A program made the position numbers and the translations under genes. From IMG/VR virus record IMGVR_UViG_3300048694_000674, positions 1 through 64,000 of that record: DNA of 64,000 nucleotides; one strand, 5' to 3'. The notes under the pieces are model-generated. The model worked only from the letters and a program-made list of their open reading frames with translations, was not told the DNA's origin and ran no database searches. Positions 43,906-53,252 of the stretch are shown here, piece by piece; the stretch's first letter is position 1, and each line of letters begins with the position of its first letter. This DNA is from a virus.

Positions 43906-44499
43906 TTACACCATTGAAAGAGAATCTTTGAATACGATAGACTTGTTTGCCTTTTGGAATCTTTCAGTCGGTAGCATTAATGCATAATCCCATTCATCTG
44001 GTGAAATGTAAATGAATGGCGAGCCAACATGCGAAAATAGATATTTTTTAACACATGGTTTGAAATATCTAAAACGACTGGCTCCGCTCAATATCTGATA
44101 AGATATCTTCAACAAAGTTGTTTTATCATACTTTTTATTATTTATTGTTGAATAAAGAGCATCCATCAGTCTAGCTCTCAACACAGGAGGCAGGTAATGG
44201 AGATTTATACCAAGGAAACTGTCGCCATAAAACTCAATTGGAAATACCAATGGGAATGTATCATAGTATGGCAAAATGTCTTTTGTTTTGGGATCATAGA
44301 CAAACATATACATTTTACCAATAGAGTTCGCTGACAATGATTGAAAACGAACAAATGGTTGTGTTGTTTGTGTTATCTTTCTGTTGTCTATTCTTTTGAC
44401 TTTGAGAGCTTGAGAACGAAACCAGTCAACAGCCTCTCTAGATCCAGCTTTGAGATCCTGAGAAGAAGCTTTTGTCAATATGTTCTGGAATACAGCCAT
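43906..44499 (-). CDS. 2: DNA end protector gp2
   Basis: YDPKTK..LPYYDTFPL, GINLHYL, KPCVKKYL. Confidence 0.92.
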   Translation of the reverse strand: MAVFQNILTKASSQDLKAGSREAVDWFRSQALKVKRIDNRKITQTTQPFVRFQSLSANSIGKMYMFVYDPKTKDILPYYDTFPLVFPIEFYGDSFLGINLHYLPPVLRARLMDALYSTINNKKYDKTTLLKISYQILSGASRFRYFKPCVKKYLFSHVGSPFIYISPDEWDYALMLPTERFQKANKSIVFKDSLSMV

Positions 44500-44942
44500 C
44501 AGAATTTTATCCCTAACTCTTTTTCGGTCATAATCATAAATTCCCAGCCTCTATCAAGACAGTACTCGCGAGCAGCTTTCCACTTAGCATCATTTACACC
44601 CCATGTCATTACCTCAGTAATATACCTTCTTGTCTTGGTATTCTGGACGACAGGAGGCTTGGTTTGCGCTGCTGGTTTTACTTCGATCAACACTGTTTTC
44701 TTTATACCTTCTTTATTTATGATTGTGGCTATAAAGTCAACAAAGTATCTATGGATTCTGTTATCGACTGGAGAACGATAAGGTATGACAACTTCTTCCG
44801 ATCCCCAGCTAACCACATTTGGGTCTTTATCAAAACGATCCATCAAAAGACATTCCCAGCGAGAGCGATAAATAATATTCGAAGGATTGCCTTTGTATTT
44901 TTGAGGATTCAGCGGTTTGAAATAACCTTTGTAAGTCGCCAT
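44499..44942 (-). CDS. 4: Head completion nuclease gp4
   Basis: NPQKYKG, YRSRWE, WGSEE, HRYFVDF, IEVKP, AKWKAA. Confidence 0.93.
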   Translation of the reverse strand: MATYKGYFKPLNPQKYKGNPSNIIYRSRWECLLMDRFDKDPNVVSWGSEEVVIPYRSPVDNRIHRYFVDFIATIINKEGIKKTVLIEVKPAAQTKPPVVQNTKTRRYITEVMTWGVNDAKWKAAREYCLDRGWEFMIMTEKELGIKF

Positions 44943-44995
44943 GCGTTGTAAAGACTCTCAATAAATAATAAAAAGATATTTATCAAGGAACCAGA

Positions 44996-45904
44996 ATGCC
45001 AGTTGTAATCGATCCAGTCACAGGCGAAGCTATTAGTTCTCCTGGAGTTTCAGGTAAAAGCCCCGCATATTTCCCTTTGGATTTAGCAACGTTTGATTAT
45101 TGGATGACATTTCAATTTTATGAATATCAGATGCCTGATTTAATTTCGCAACAAATTTCAAATAGTTTAACATCTGTTGGGTTTCCCATTAGATTACCTC
45201 TACCTAACTCAATGATTGACGCTAATCATGTTGAATATTCGGCTGAAGGCATAGGATTAGCTGGAGCAGCTGCAGTTACTGCTGCTAAAGGATTATCTGG
45301 AGCAGATTTTAGTTCTGTAACAAGTCTTGGAAAAACGCTTGCTAAACCACTAATGGATACAGGATTGTATGCATTAGGATCTAAATTAGAATCAGTTTTA
45401 AATAATGCGCCTGGGAGAGCTGCTTTAGCAACAAAAGGAGTAGCTTTAAATCCTTTTTTGACAGTTTTATTTAAATCTCCTGCATTCAAAAAACATACAC
45501 TGTCATGGAAATTAACTCCATCTAATGAACCAGAATCTAGAATTCTTAATTCGATATTAACAAAATTTCGCGCTAATATGTTACCTGGGATGGCTGATGG
45601 GTTGGGTGGAGCTTTGTTAACATATCCAAACATTGTTCAAATTGACGTTAATAGTAGCAGCGAAGAATATTTTAGATATACTTTCAAACCAGCAGTAATT
45701 ACTGATGTTGCTATAGATTTTACAGCAGCGGGTCAACCATCATTTTTTGGATCAACGAAAGCTCCTACAGAAGTGTCACTTCGTCTAGAATTGATGGAAA
45801 TTGAATATTGGTTGTCAAGAGATTATGGTTTAAATCCAAATTCAGTTGGTGCTGATTTTGTCAAACAACTTATGGGTAATACAGTTGAAGAAACTCCAAG
45901 ATAA
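44996..45904 (+). CDS. 48: Baseplate tail-tube cap gp48-like
   Basis: IRLPLP, NPFLTVLF, LTP.NE.ES, YP, L.L.EIE. Confidence 0.75.
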   Translation: MPVVIDPVTGEAISSPGVSGKSPAYFPLDLATFDYWMTFQFYEYQMPDLISQQISNSLTSVGFPIRLPLPNSMIDANHVEYSAEGIGLAGAAAVTAAKGLSGADFSSVTSLGKTLAKPLMDTGLYALGSKLESVLNNAPGRAALATKGVALNPFLTVLFKSPAFKKHTLSWKLTPSNEPESRILNSILTKFRANMLPGMADGLGGALLTYPNIVQIDVNSSSEEYFRYTFKPAVITDVAIDFTAAGQPSFFGSTKAPTEVSLRLELMEIEYWLSRDYGLNPNSVGADFVKQLMGNTVEETPR

Positions 45905-45927
45905 TAACATATTAGGTTATAAAATAA

Positions 45928-46842
45928 ATGCCTGAGTCATATTTTAAAAACTTTAACACAATACAGTACGGTAACAGTACATCTAATTCAACTGTTGTTG
46001 ATATAACAGAACGTGTTGTTGTGCTTAATAATGTTCAGAAAAATCTCAATGGTTACTATCCAATGGATATTACAGATGGTAAACGTGCTGATCTTGTTTC
46101 ATATAATATGTACAAAGATCCATACGCTAGCTGGACGCTTTATCTCGCAAACGATATCGTCGACCCATACTACGAATGGTATATGACGGATCAGCAATTT
46201 AATGATTACATTGTTTCAAAGTATGGTTCTATTGCTATTGCATCACAGAAGGTCGCATTTTGGAGAAATGACTGGGTTGATAAACCAACACTATCTCCTG
46301 ACGCATATCAGGCTGAGATCTTAGGTAATCCAGAGCGTATTAAATATTGGCAAGCAAATTATAATTACAGCGGAACACCAATCGATTATTATAGAGTAAA
46401 AGAAGATTGGAAGGTAAACACAAATAAGATTGTAAAGCTGAACGTTGCAGTTGGTAGTAATACTTCATTTATTACCAATGAAGTTCTTACTATTGATTGT
46501 ACTGCTCTCAGCTATGGCTCTGGTAAAGCTCAGGTTATTTCTGCCAACTCAACAAACATAATTATCAATAATCCAGTCGGCGATTTTATTACTAATTTCT
46601 CTGCTGACCCAGTATTCAACATTGGAACAATTACTGGTCAGGAAAGTGGTGTTACCTGTAATATGACAGGAGCATCAGAGATTTATAAAAATTTGGCTGA
46701 CAATGTTGTAGCATATTGGTCGCCTGTTTATTATTATGATTATGAGAGAGAAAAAAATGAGGGTAACAAAACAATTAAAACGATCAAACCAGCTTATGTT
46801 CCAACATTTATTAATAATGTCAAATCATTGTTAGGACAATAA
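45928..46842 (+). CDS. 53: Baseplate wedge gp53
   Basis: YFKNF, RADLVS..Y.DP..W...LANDIVDPYYEW, YE.EKNE. Confidence 0.85.
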   Translation: MPESYFKNFNTIQYGNSTSNSTVVDITERVVVLNNVQKNLNGYYPMDITDGKRADLVSYNMYKDPYASWTLYLANDIVDPYYEWYMTDQQFNDYIVSKYGSIAIASQKVAFWRNDWVDKPTLSPDAYQAEILGNPERIKYWQANYNYSGTPIDYYRVKEDWKVNTNKIVKLNVAVGSNTSFITNEVLTIDCTALSYGSGKAQVISANSTNIIINNPVGDFITNFSADPVFNIGTITGQESGVTCNMTGASEIYKNLADNVVAYWSPVYYYDYEREKNEGNKTIKTIKPAYVPTFINNVKSLLGQ

Positions 46843-48080
46843 TGGCAAGTTTTAATCCTGGCGACGTTCTCATTGATAAAATACAGATAGTATCACCAAG
46901 AACCTCTTCGTGGAACTTGGCACCTAATTTTTTGTCATGCGATATATTCGAATCGATTTTTACTCCTGCAGTTCTTGCCTATATCGAAGTGCTTGATGAT
47001 AGAGATTATCTTGGTACATATGCCAAATTAGCTGGCGATGAGTTAGTAATTTTCACATTTAGAGTTCCAAATAAACAACAGGTATCATATTCATTCCATC
47101 TAAACAGCGTCAAAGATATTGTTAATGAGGGTGCAAACAAGTCAAAGGTTTATAAGCTAGAGTGTATCAGCCGCGAAGCATTGACAGGTCAGGTTAATCA
47201 TGTTCAAAAAGCATATGATGGAACAATCGATGAGATGGTACAGGATATTGTCAAAACAAAATTGAATACGAAGTTGCCACTCGATGCAGAAAAGACAAAG
47301 GGTAAAAGCAAAAGAGTTATTGTCAATCAGCCAGCGCTGCAGGTAATCGAAACACATCGCAAAGAAGCTGTTTCTGATAAGAACAAAGGTTCAAACTTTA
47401 TGTTCTGGCAAACATGGCGTGGATTTTATTTTCAATCATTAGAATATATGATGCAGAAAAACGATGTCAAAAAGTTTAAACACATTAACACAGTTGGTCA
47501 TGATATTAGAACTTCAATCGATGATAACATTCTCGCATACGAAGTAAAACAGAATATGGATGCAGCTTCGCGTATCAAAGCAGGTGTTATGAATCATCGT
47601 ATTACAACATATGATCCACATACCCATGCCTATGTTTCTCAAGACTTCAAGCCAAAAGGCGAAGAGATGACTAACTTGGGCAAAGGTATCATAACAACAT
47701 TAGCATCATTTACAGATCTGTTCTCTGATCCTTCTTATAACAAAACACATTTCAGAGTAAATAATCCAAATTTATCTGTTGGGTTAGGTAAAAGCTTTGT
47801 TCCTGAATCTATACCTTACAAACAGCTGAATATGGCACAGATGCAAGAGCAGATGTTACATTTGACAGTTATTGGAGATCCAGTATTGGAGCCAGGAAAA
47901 ACTATCAATGCTGTAATCAATAAGATTACTGGCGAAACAATATCAAATCAACAGGACACACAGGCGAGTGGTCGTTGGTTGATATCAAAAACACATCATC
48001 AAATAAGAAGAGCAAATCAATTACCTAGATATGTTATGAGTTTAGAATGTCTCAAGGGTTCATATGAGGAGAAGGTATAA
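46842..48080 (+). CDS. Baseplate hub protein (gp27-like)
   Basis: IFESIF, FMFWQ, GDP.L.PG, SGRWLI; position before gp5. Confidence 0.65.
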   Translation: MASFNPGDVLIDKIQIVSPRTSSWNLAPNFLSCDIFESIFTPAVLAYIEVLDDRDYLGTYAKLAGDELVIFTFRVPNKQQVSYSFHLNSVKDIVNEGANKSKVYKLECISREALTGQVNHVQKAYDGTIDEMVQDIVKTKLNTKLPLDAEKTKGKSKRVIVNQPALQVIETHRKEAVSDKNKGSNFMFWQTWRGFYFQSLEYMMQKNDVKKFKHINTVGHDIRTSIDDNILAYEVKQNMDAASRIKAGVMNHRITTYDPHTHAYVSQDFKPKGEEMTNLGKGIITTLASFTDLFSDPSYNKTHFRVNNPNLSVGLGKSFVPESIPYKQLNMAQMQEQMLHLTVIGDPVLEPGKTINAVINKITGETISNQQDTQASGRWLISKTHHQIRRANQLPRYVMSLECLKGSYEEKV

Positions 48081-48403
48081 TGACACAGAGTTCTCTTGGC
48101 AGCTATATGGAAATGTTTGTTGCGGAAGTAAGAGACATTCGAGACCCAAATCCAGGATCTGGTAAAGTTAAGTTGATGATACATGGCCATCATAATGCAG
48201 GTCCAGAACCAATCAAGGATGAAGATTTACCATGGGGGCATTGTATTGTTAACAATTCACCATCATTGAATGGTATTGGTAAAACAATCAACTATTTGCC
48301 AGGAACAACTGTTGTTGGATTTTGGTTAGATCCTGAGACAAAAAAGATTCCAGTTATTTTAGGTAGCATGCACAGAGCTGCGCTACCAGATTATGCGGAT
48401 TAA
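48080..48403 (+). CDS. gp5 N-terminal OB-fold module (split gene)
   Basis: DP...GKVKL...DEDLPW...VVGFWLD...PVILGS. Confidence 0.82.
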   Translation: MTQSSLGSYMEMFVAEVRDIRDPNPGSGKVKLMIHGHHNAGPEPIKDEDLPWGHCIVNNSPSLNGIGKTINYLPGTTVVGFWLDPETKKIPVILGSMHRAALPDYAD

Positions 48404-48406
48404 CAA

Positions 48407-50029
48407 ATGTCAATAGATCCAAATCCAAAAGTAGGAGCGACACCTCCATCTAAAGTTGAAACTGAAGGTACAGCTCCAGACAAAAAACCAAATCCATCAG
48501 CTCCTGTTGGTCCATTACAAAAATTAAATAATCCTATTGCTGGTAAAGATGGTTATAAAATGCCGCAAGGTATTGGCGCTGATGGTACTGGTAAAGTTCC
48601 TTCTGATAGTGCATCTTTATTGTCTAAAACTGGATATACATGGGGATTGAATTCACCAGTAGGCGAACAACAAAGTTCTAATACGCCAACAGATGCGAGT
48701 GCTGTTAGAAAAGCCAAAGATGAAAAGAAAAAACAAAATCCAAAACTAGATCCAGATCAACCAACGATTGTGTCTCAAGATCTCAGTAAAAATGTACAAG
48801 ATGCATTTATGTCTGCAAATCCCCAATCACTTGGAGCTGTTCTTGTAAAAGCAATGCAGTCAATGGTTATGCTGAAGATGATGAACAAACTGACTAGCCC
48901 TGCTGGTATAAACAGTATGTCATCTGGTGGTATCGGTGGAGCTTTACAGGGAGTAGCAGGAGCTGTTGGTCTTGGATCAATGATGGGTGCATTGAATCAA
49001 GTAATGATTCCATTATCAACTTCTGGTCTATTAAATGGATCAGCAACAGATGCTCTTCATGCTGGTATGGTTGGAATGATGAATAATACAGCTGTTGGCG
49101 CATTATCTGCACAAGAGATAGCAGCTGCTCAATCAACAGTTTCGACAGTAGCATATGCTATGAATGCTATTGCTACTGGTAACGCAAGCGGAGCAGTTGA
49201 TGCTATTGCGTCTTTCGGTGGTCCTGCATTTGGATTAACACCTGGATCTCTTGCAGCAAGAATTGCTTTAGTTGGACCAAGTGGCAGAATACAATCTTCA
49301 GGTATATACAATGGTGTAAGAATTTATACGACAATAACAACATCCCCAAATCCACATCTTACAAACAATATTCCTATTCTTACGGGCGCAGAACATGTTA
49401 GTATAGCAACTGCAGCAGTTAGCGTTATTGCTGGTGGCTTGAGTGATGCTCTTGGTATCGATAATCCTGTTGGTTCTACATTAAATTTTGTTAGTAAAGC
49501 ATCTGGAACTGTTAGCGACCTGACAGCTGGTGCTGGACTTATTTCTGGCTTTCCAAATATAAATAGCTTTACTCATAATGCTTTTGGTAGTATAATCAAT
49601 AGTGGGATCGATAATATAGTTAGTTCTGGATTAAACAAAGTACTTGGTGTTCCTACTTCTGGATTGCTGGGTGCTGCGACATCATTACTACCAGCCATTG
49701 GCGGAGATATTATCAGCTCTATATCTGAAGCTCCTTTAGCTAATGTTAATAGCGGTAAGATAAATCAAGCAATGCAGAATGCTACAAAGGCATTAGCATT
49801 ATCAAGAGCTGGATATAACGTTGCTCAGAATATATTTGGAGCTTCAAGAGCAGAACAGATAGTTCAAGCAATTGACAGTTCATCAAATTTAGCTGCAGCT
49901 GTTGGTGGCGCGATTAATATGGTTACAGCTTTTGGAGATATTATCCATAGCGCTCCAGCTGAAATGCAAAATAAAATGGTGACGGCTGGAACACAATATG
50001 CTGTTGGTAATGGTTTAATAAGGTTATAA
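48407..50029 (+). CDS. Gly/Ala/Ser-rich protein between the gp5 modules
   Basis: 540 aa; Pro-rich start then long low-charge helical-type region. Confidence 0.7.
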   Translation: MSIDPNPKVGATPPSKVETEGTAPDKKPNPSAPVGPLQKLNNPIAGKDGYKMPQGIGADGTGKVPSDSASLLSKTGYTWGLNSPVGEQQSSNTPTDASAVRKAKDEKKKQNPKLDPDQPTIVSQDLSKNVQDAFMSANPQSLGAVLVKAMQSMVMLKMMNKLTSPAGINSMSSGGIGGALQGVAGAVGLGSMMGALNQVMIPLSTSGLLNGSATDALHAGMVGMMNNTAVGALSAQEIAAAQSTVSTVAYAMNAIATGNASGAVDAIASFGGPAFGLTPGSLAARIALVGPSGRIQSSGIYNGVRIYTTITTSPNPHLTNNIPILTGAEHVSIATAAVSVIAGGLSDALGIDNPVGSTLNFVSKASGTVSDLTAGAGLISGFPNINSFTHNAFGSIINSGIDNIVSSGLNKVLGVPTSGLLGAATSLLPAIGGDIISSISEAPLANVNSGKINQAMQNATKALALSRAGYNVAQNIFGASRAEQIVQAIDSSSNLAAAVGGAINMVTAFGDIIHSAPAEMQNKMVTAGTQYAVGNGLIRL

Positions 50030-50031
50030 AA

Positions 50032-50712
50032 ATGTCAGCACCAAATACTCCAAATAAAGCAGCAGACGATCAACCAACTCCAGGAAAATTTGGATTAGTT
50101 CAGATTGAATCTGGTCTCACAAATTTAATTGTGCAGTCTCATGATGTTGAAAATGGCATTCATGAATTTCTTGCCAAAATGCATAATGATGGCACTTGGT
50201 CAACACATACCAAGGATGCGAATGGTTCTATTACCGATATAAACCATGGCGCATATAAAAGTTCTTCTCAAGCACAGCATGAAGATGTTATGGCTCATGA
50301 TCAAAAACGTGTCGGAGGTGGATCTGCGGAACATATTGAAAATGGTAAAGATGAACAGGTTGGAAATTCCAAAACATCATCCGTTGATGGACCTACATTA
50401 GAAAATCTATCTGATTCTAAGAAAACACTTAGCTCTGGTGGTGATGGTCATCAGTTTATGAAAGGCGACCAGACGTTTACTGTCGATGAGGGTGGTGTTC
50501 ATTTCGAAGTTGCGAAAGACTTCTCAATTATAAGTAAAGGTAATGCAGTTCAAATTAATACTGATAACGAGTTTTATCTCAATTCAGGTGGCAGAGTTGG
50601 TATTATTGCCGATCTCAGTATTACTTTAACATGTGGTACTTCTCAAATTATCATGGAGCCTAATAAAATCACAATAACGGCTGCTGATATAGAATTCATA
50701 AAGGCGACCTAA
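50032..50712 (+). CDS. gp5 C-terminal spike (beta-helix) module
   Basis: Short beta-repeat pattern; ends ITLTCGTSQIIMEPNKITI; precedes PAAR-like gene. Confidence 0.65.
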   Translation: MSAPNTPNKAADDQPTPGKFGLVQIESGLTNLIVQSHDVENGIHEFLAKMHNDGTWSTHTKDANGSITDINHGAYKSSSQAQHEDVMAHDQKRVGGGSAEHIENGKDEQVGNSKTSSVDGPTLENLSDSKKTLSSGGDGHQFMKGDQTFTVDEGGVHFEVAKDFSIISKGNAVQINTDNEFYLNSGGRVGIIADLSITLTCGTSQIIMEPNKITITAADIEFIKAT

Positions 50713-50716
50713 ATAT

Positions 50717-51004
50717 ATGGCTATCTGTCACAGAAATGGAGATGCAAGAGCTTGTGGTGCTACGACAGTTGTGTCGGGGCAGGATTTTGTTAAAGTAGAT
50801 GGTCAACTTTGGGCGGTAAATGGTGATCCAAATACAGATGGAGATGGTAATCTAATTACTTCTCATAGTTGGTTGAGGATAAACGGTAAGGGTATTATTG
50901 TTAATGGAGACAGTGCAAATCCAGATGATATTTGTTTTATAGCTGGTGGTGCACATTGTAATCCTTCTGCTAGTTCTGGTGATGATTTAATTAACGTATC
51001 ATAA
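50717..51004 (+). CDS. PAAR-like spike tip (gp5.4-like)
   Basis: HRNGD.R.CGA..V.V.G...GD...HC. Confidence 0.8.
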   Translation: MAICHRNGDARACGATTVVSGQDFVKVDGQLWAVNGDPNTDGDGNLITSHSWLRINGKGIIVNGDSANPDDICFIAGGAHCNPSASSGDDLINVS

Positions 51005-51018
51005 AAAAGAGAAAATAA

Positions 51019-51441
51019 ATGGCATCAAGAGCGGACGCGATAACCCAACTACAAAAGAAAGTCGATACATATTCTGACTTTCCAAATAGCTTTGCAAAGC
51101 ACCCAATCACTAATGAGTTGGTCGTTATAAAGAACGAAGCAAGTCTCCGACAGGCATTTAAAAACCTTATTATGACAAACATCGGCGAGCGTCCATTTAA
51201 TCCTTTCTTTGGCTCTAATATATCAAGAACACTGTTCGAGCCATACGATCCATTCGTTCGCGAAGATATTATTCGCTATGTTACAGATGCTGCCAAATCA
51301 TTCGAATCAAGAATCAATGTGCTTGGTGTTGATGTGAAAGATGTTCCAGACAAAAACGGAATGACAGTTAACATTGTTTTTTCAATAATAAATAATCCAG
51401 AACCTGTAGCTTTTAGCATTTTCCTCAAGAGAGTCAGATAA
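51019..51441 (+). CDS. 25: Baseplate wedge gp25
   Basis: NLIMTNIGERPFNP.FGS, FESRI. Confidence 0.92.
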   Translation: MASRADAITQLQKKVDTYSDFPNSFAKHPITNELVVIKNEASLRQAFKNLIMTNIGERPFNPFFGSNISRTLFEPYDPFVREDIIRYVTDAAKSFESRINVLGVDVKDVPDKNGMTVNIVFSIINNPEPVAFSIFLKRVR

Positions 51442-53247
51442 ATGGCGAATACATCTGTAACCTTAACCTCACTAGATTTTGATACTCTTAAGCAGAGCTT
51501 TCAAAACTATCTGACAAGTCAATCAGCATTCAAGGATTACAACTTTACTGGCTCTAACATGAACGTCCTTCTGGATGTTATGTCATACAACTCATATCTC
51601 AATGCGTTCTATTTAAATATGGTTGCGTCAGAAATGTTTCTTGACTCAGCTCAGAAGTATGATTCTATTGTATCGCATGCTAAAGAATTAAACTACGTTC
51701 CTCGTTCTAATCAATCAGCTGTTGCTAACGTTAGTTTTACATTTACTTCGCTCGCAGGACCACCAACATTTACTGTACCAAAGGGCGCTCAGTTTAGTGG
51801 TCAGAATTCTAACGGATCGTTTCTATTTACGACCAACATTGCGCAGAACTATAACTCGCTATCTTCTACATTCTCGGTAAACAATCTAAGAATCTATGAA
51901 GGGTTCTATATCGATGACGTATTTGTTATGGATTATACGATCGATTCACAGAAGTTTATTCTTAGCAATCCGAAAATTGATACTGATAGTTTGACCGTCA
52001 CTGTTATTGAAAGTGGCGCTAATACTATATTTACTCGTGTTGATACACTGTATAATCTTTCAAATACATCGAATGTTTATTTCCTGCAAGGCGCACAAAA
52101 CAATCAGTATGAAATTGTATTCGGCGACGGTATTCTTGGTCGTGTTCCAGATAATCTTGCTACGATTGTTGCTAATTATCGTGTTACCAATGGTTCAGAT
52201 GCGCAGGGGGTTTCATCATTCCAGTTAGTACAAAACCTGAATGGCACACCTTCTAATATTACAACAATATCAGCATCAACTGGTGGCGCGAATGCTGAGT
52301 CAGTTGAATCAGTACGAAAGTCTGCCCCAAGATATTTCGCAACACAGCAAAGAGCTGTTGCTTCTGATGATTACTCTTCGCTTGTATTAGCTAAGTTCGG
52401 CGGTCAGATCGCAGACGTTAGCGTATACGGCGGAGAAACAGCAGAACCAAAACAATATGGTCGTGTTATCGTAACATTGAAGCCAGCTGGTGGAACAATC
52501 GCTGCAGACTATGTAAAGAACTCAGTATCTAATTATTTGTCAAGTTATATTTCATTACCTACACGTGTTATTATTGCTGATCCAGAATACATATATGTTG
52601 GTGTTAACTCAGTTGTACAATACAACGTTACTGCAACAACCAAGACATCTTCTGAAATTGTTCTAGCAATTCGTAATAACATTTCTGCATTTAGCACTGC
52701 TACTCTTGAGCAATTCAATAGCGATTTCCGTTATAGTAAGTTCACAGCTGCTATCGATAATAGCAACGAAAGTATCACAAGTAATGATACAGATATTACA
52801 CTTATCAAGAGAATAGCTCCTCTTCTCAATTATTCTACATCATTCACATTGTACTTTAATAACCCAGCAAGTCAAGAATCCACAGGTTCATATAGTTATA
52901 CGCCAACAACAAAGTTCTACGATGAGCCTGTAATAACTTCATCAGCATTTACATATGTTGATTCGAATGATAAAAAATGGCCACTCAGTTATATTAGAGA
53001 CGATAACTTTGGCAACCTCGTAGTTTACACTACAGTCAATGGCGTATTTACTGTGCTGACTACTTTGGGTACAGTTGATTATGCAACAGGTTATGTGAAT
53101 ATTAAAGACCTAAAAGTTTCTTCATATAGTAATCATATCTCGATTTATATGAAGCCAGAAAACAAAGACATTCTTGCTAACAAAAACAAAATTATTTTGA
53201 TCGATTTGAATGACGTTAATGTATCTGTAATACCCACTCAAAAGTAA
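51442..53247 (+). CDS. 6: Baseplate wedge gp6
   Basis: LDFD.LK, DYNF.GS, EMFLDSA, FGDGILG, Q.RAV...DY. Confidence 0.93.
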   Translation: MANTSVTLTSLDFDTLKQSFQNYLTSQSAFKDYNFTGSNMNVLLDVMSYNSYLNAFYLNMVASEMFLDSAQKYDSIVSHAKELNYVPRSNQSAVANVSFTFTSLAGPPTFTVPKGAQFSGQNSNGSFLFTTNIAQNYNSLSSTFSVNNLRIYEGFYIDDVFVMDYTIDSQKFILSNPKIDTDSLTVTVIESGANTIFTRVDTLYNLSNTSNVYFLQGAQNNQYEIVFGDGILGRVPDNLATIVANYRVTNGSDAQGVSSFQLVQNLNGTPSNITTISASTGGANAESVESVRKSAPRYFATQQRAVASDDYSSLVLAKFGGQIADVSVYGGETAEPKQYGRVIVTLKPAGGTIAADYVKNSVSNYLSSYISLPTRVIIADPEYIYVGVNSVVQYNVTATTKTSSEIVLAIRNNISAFSTATLEQFNSDFRYSKFTAAIDNSNESITSNDTDITLIKRIAPLLNYSTSFTLYFNNPASQESTGSYSYTPTTKFYDEPVITSSAFTYVDSNDKKWPLSYIRDDNFGNLVVYTTVNGVFTVLTTLGTVDYATGYVNIKDLKVSSYSNHISIYMKPENKDILANKNKIILIDLNDVNVSVIPTQK

Positions 53248-53252
53248 AATAA

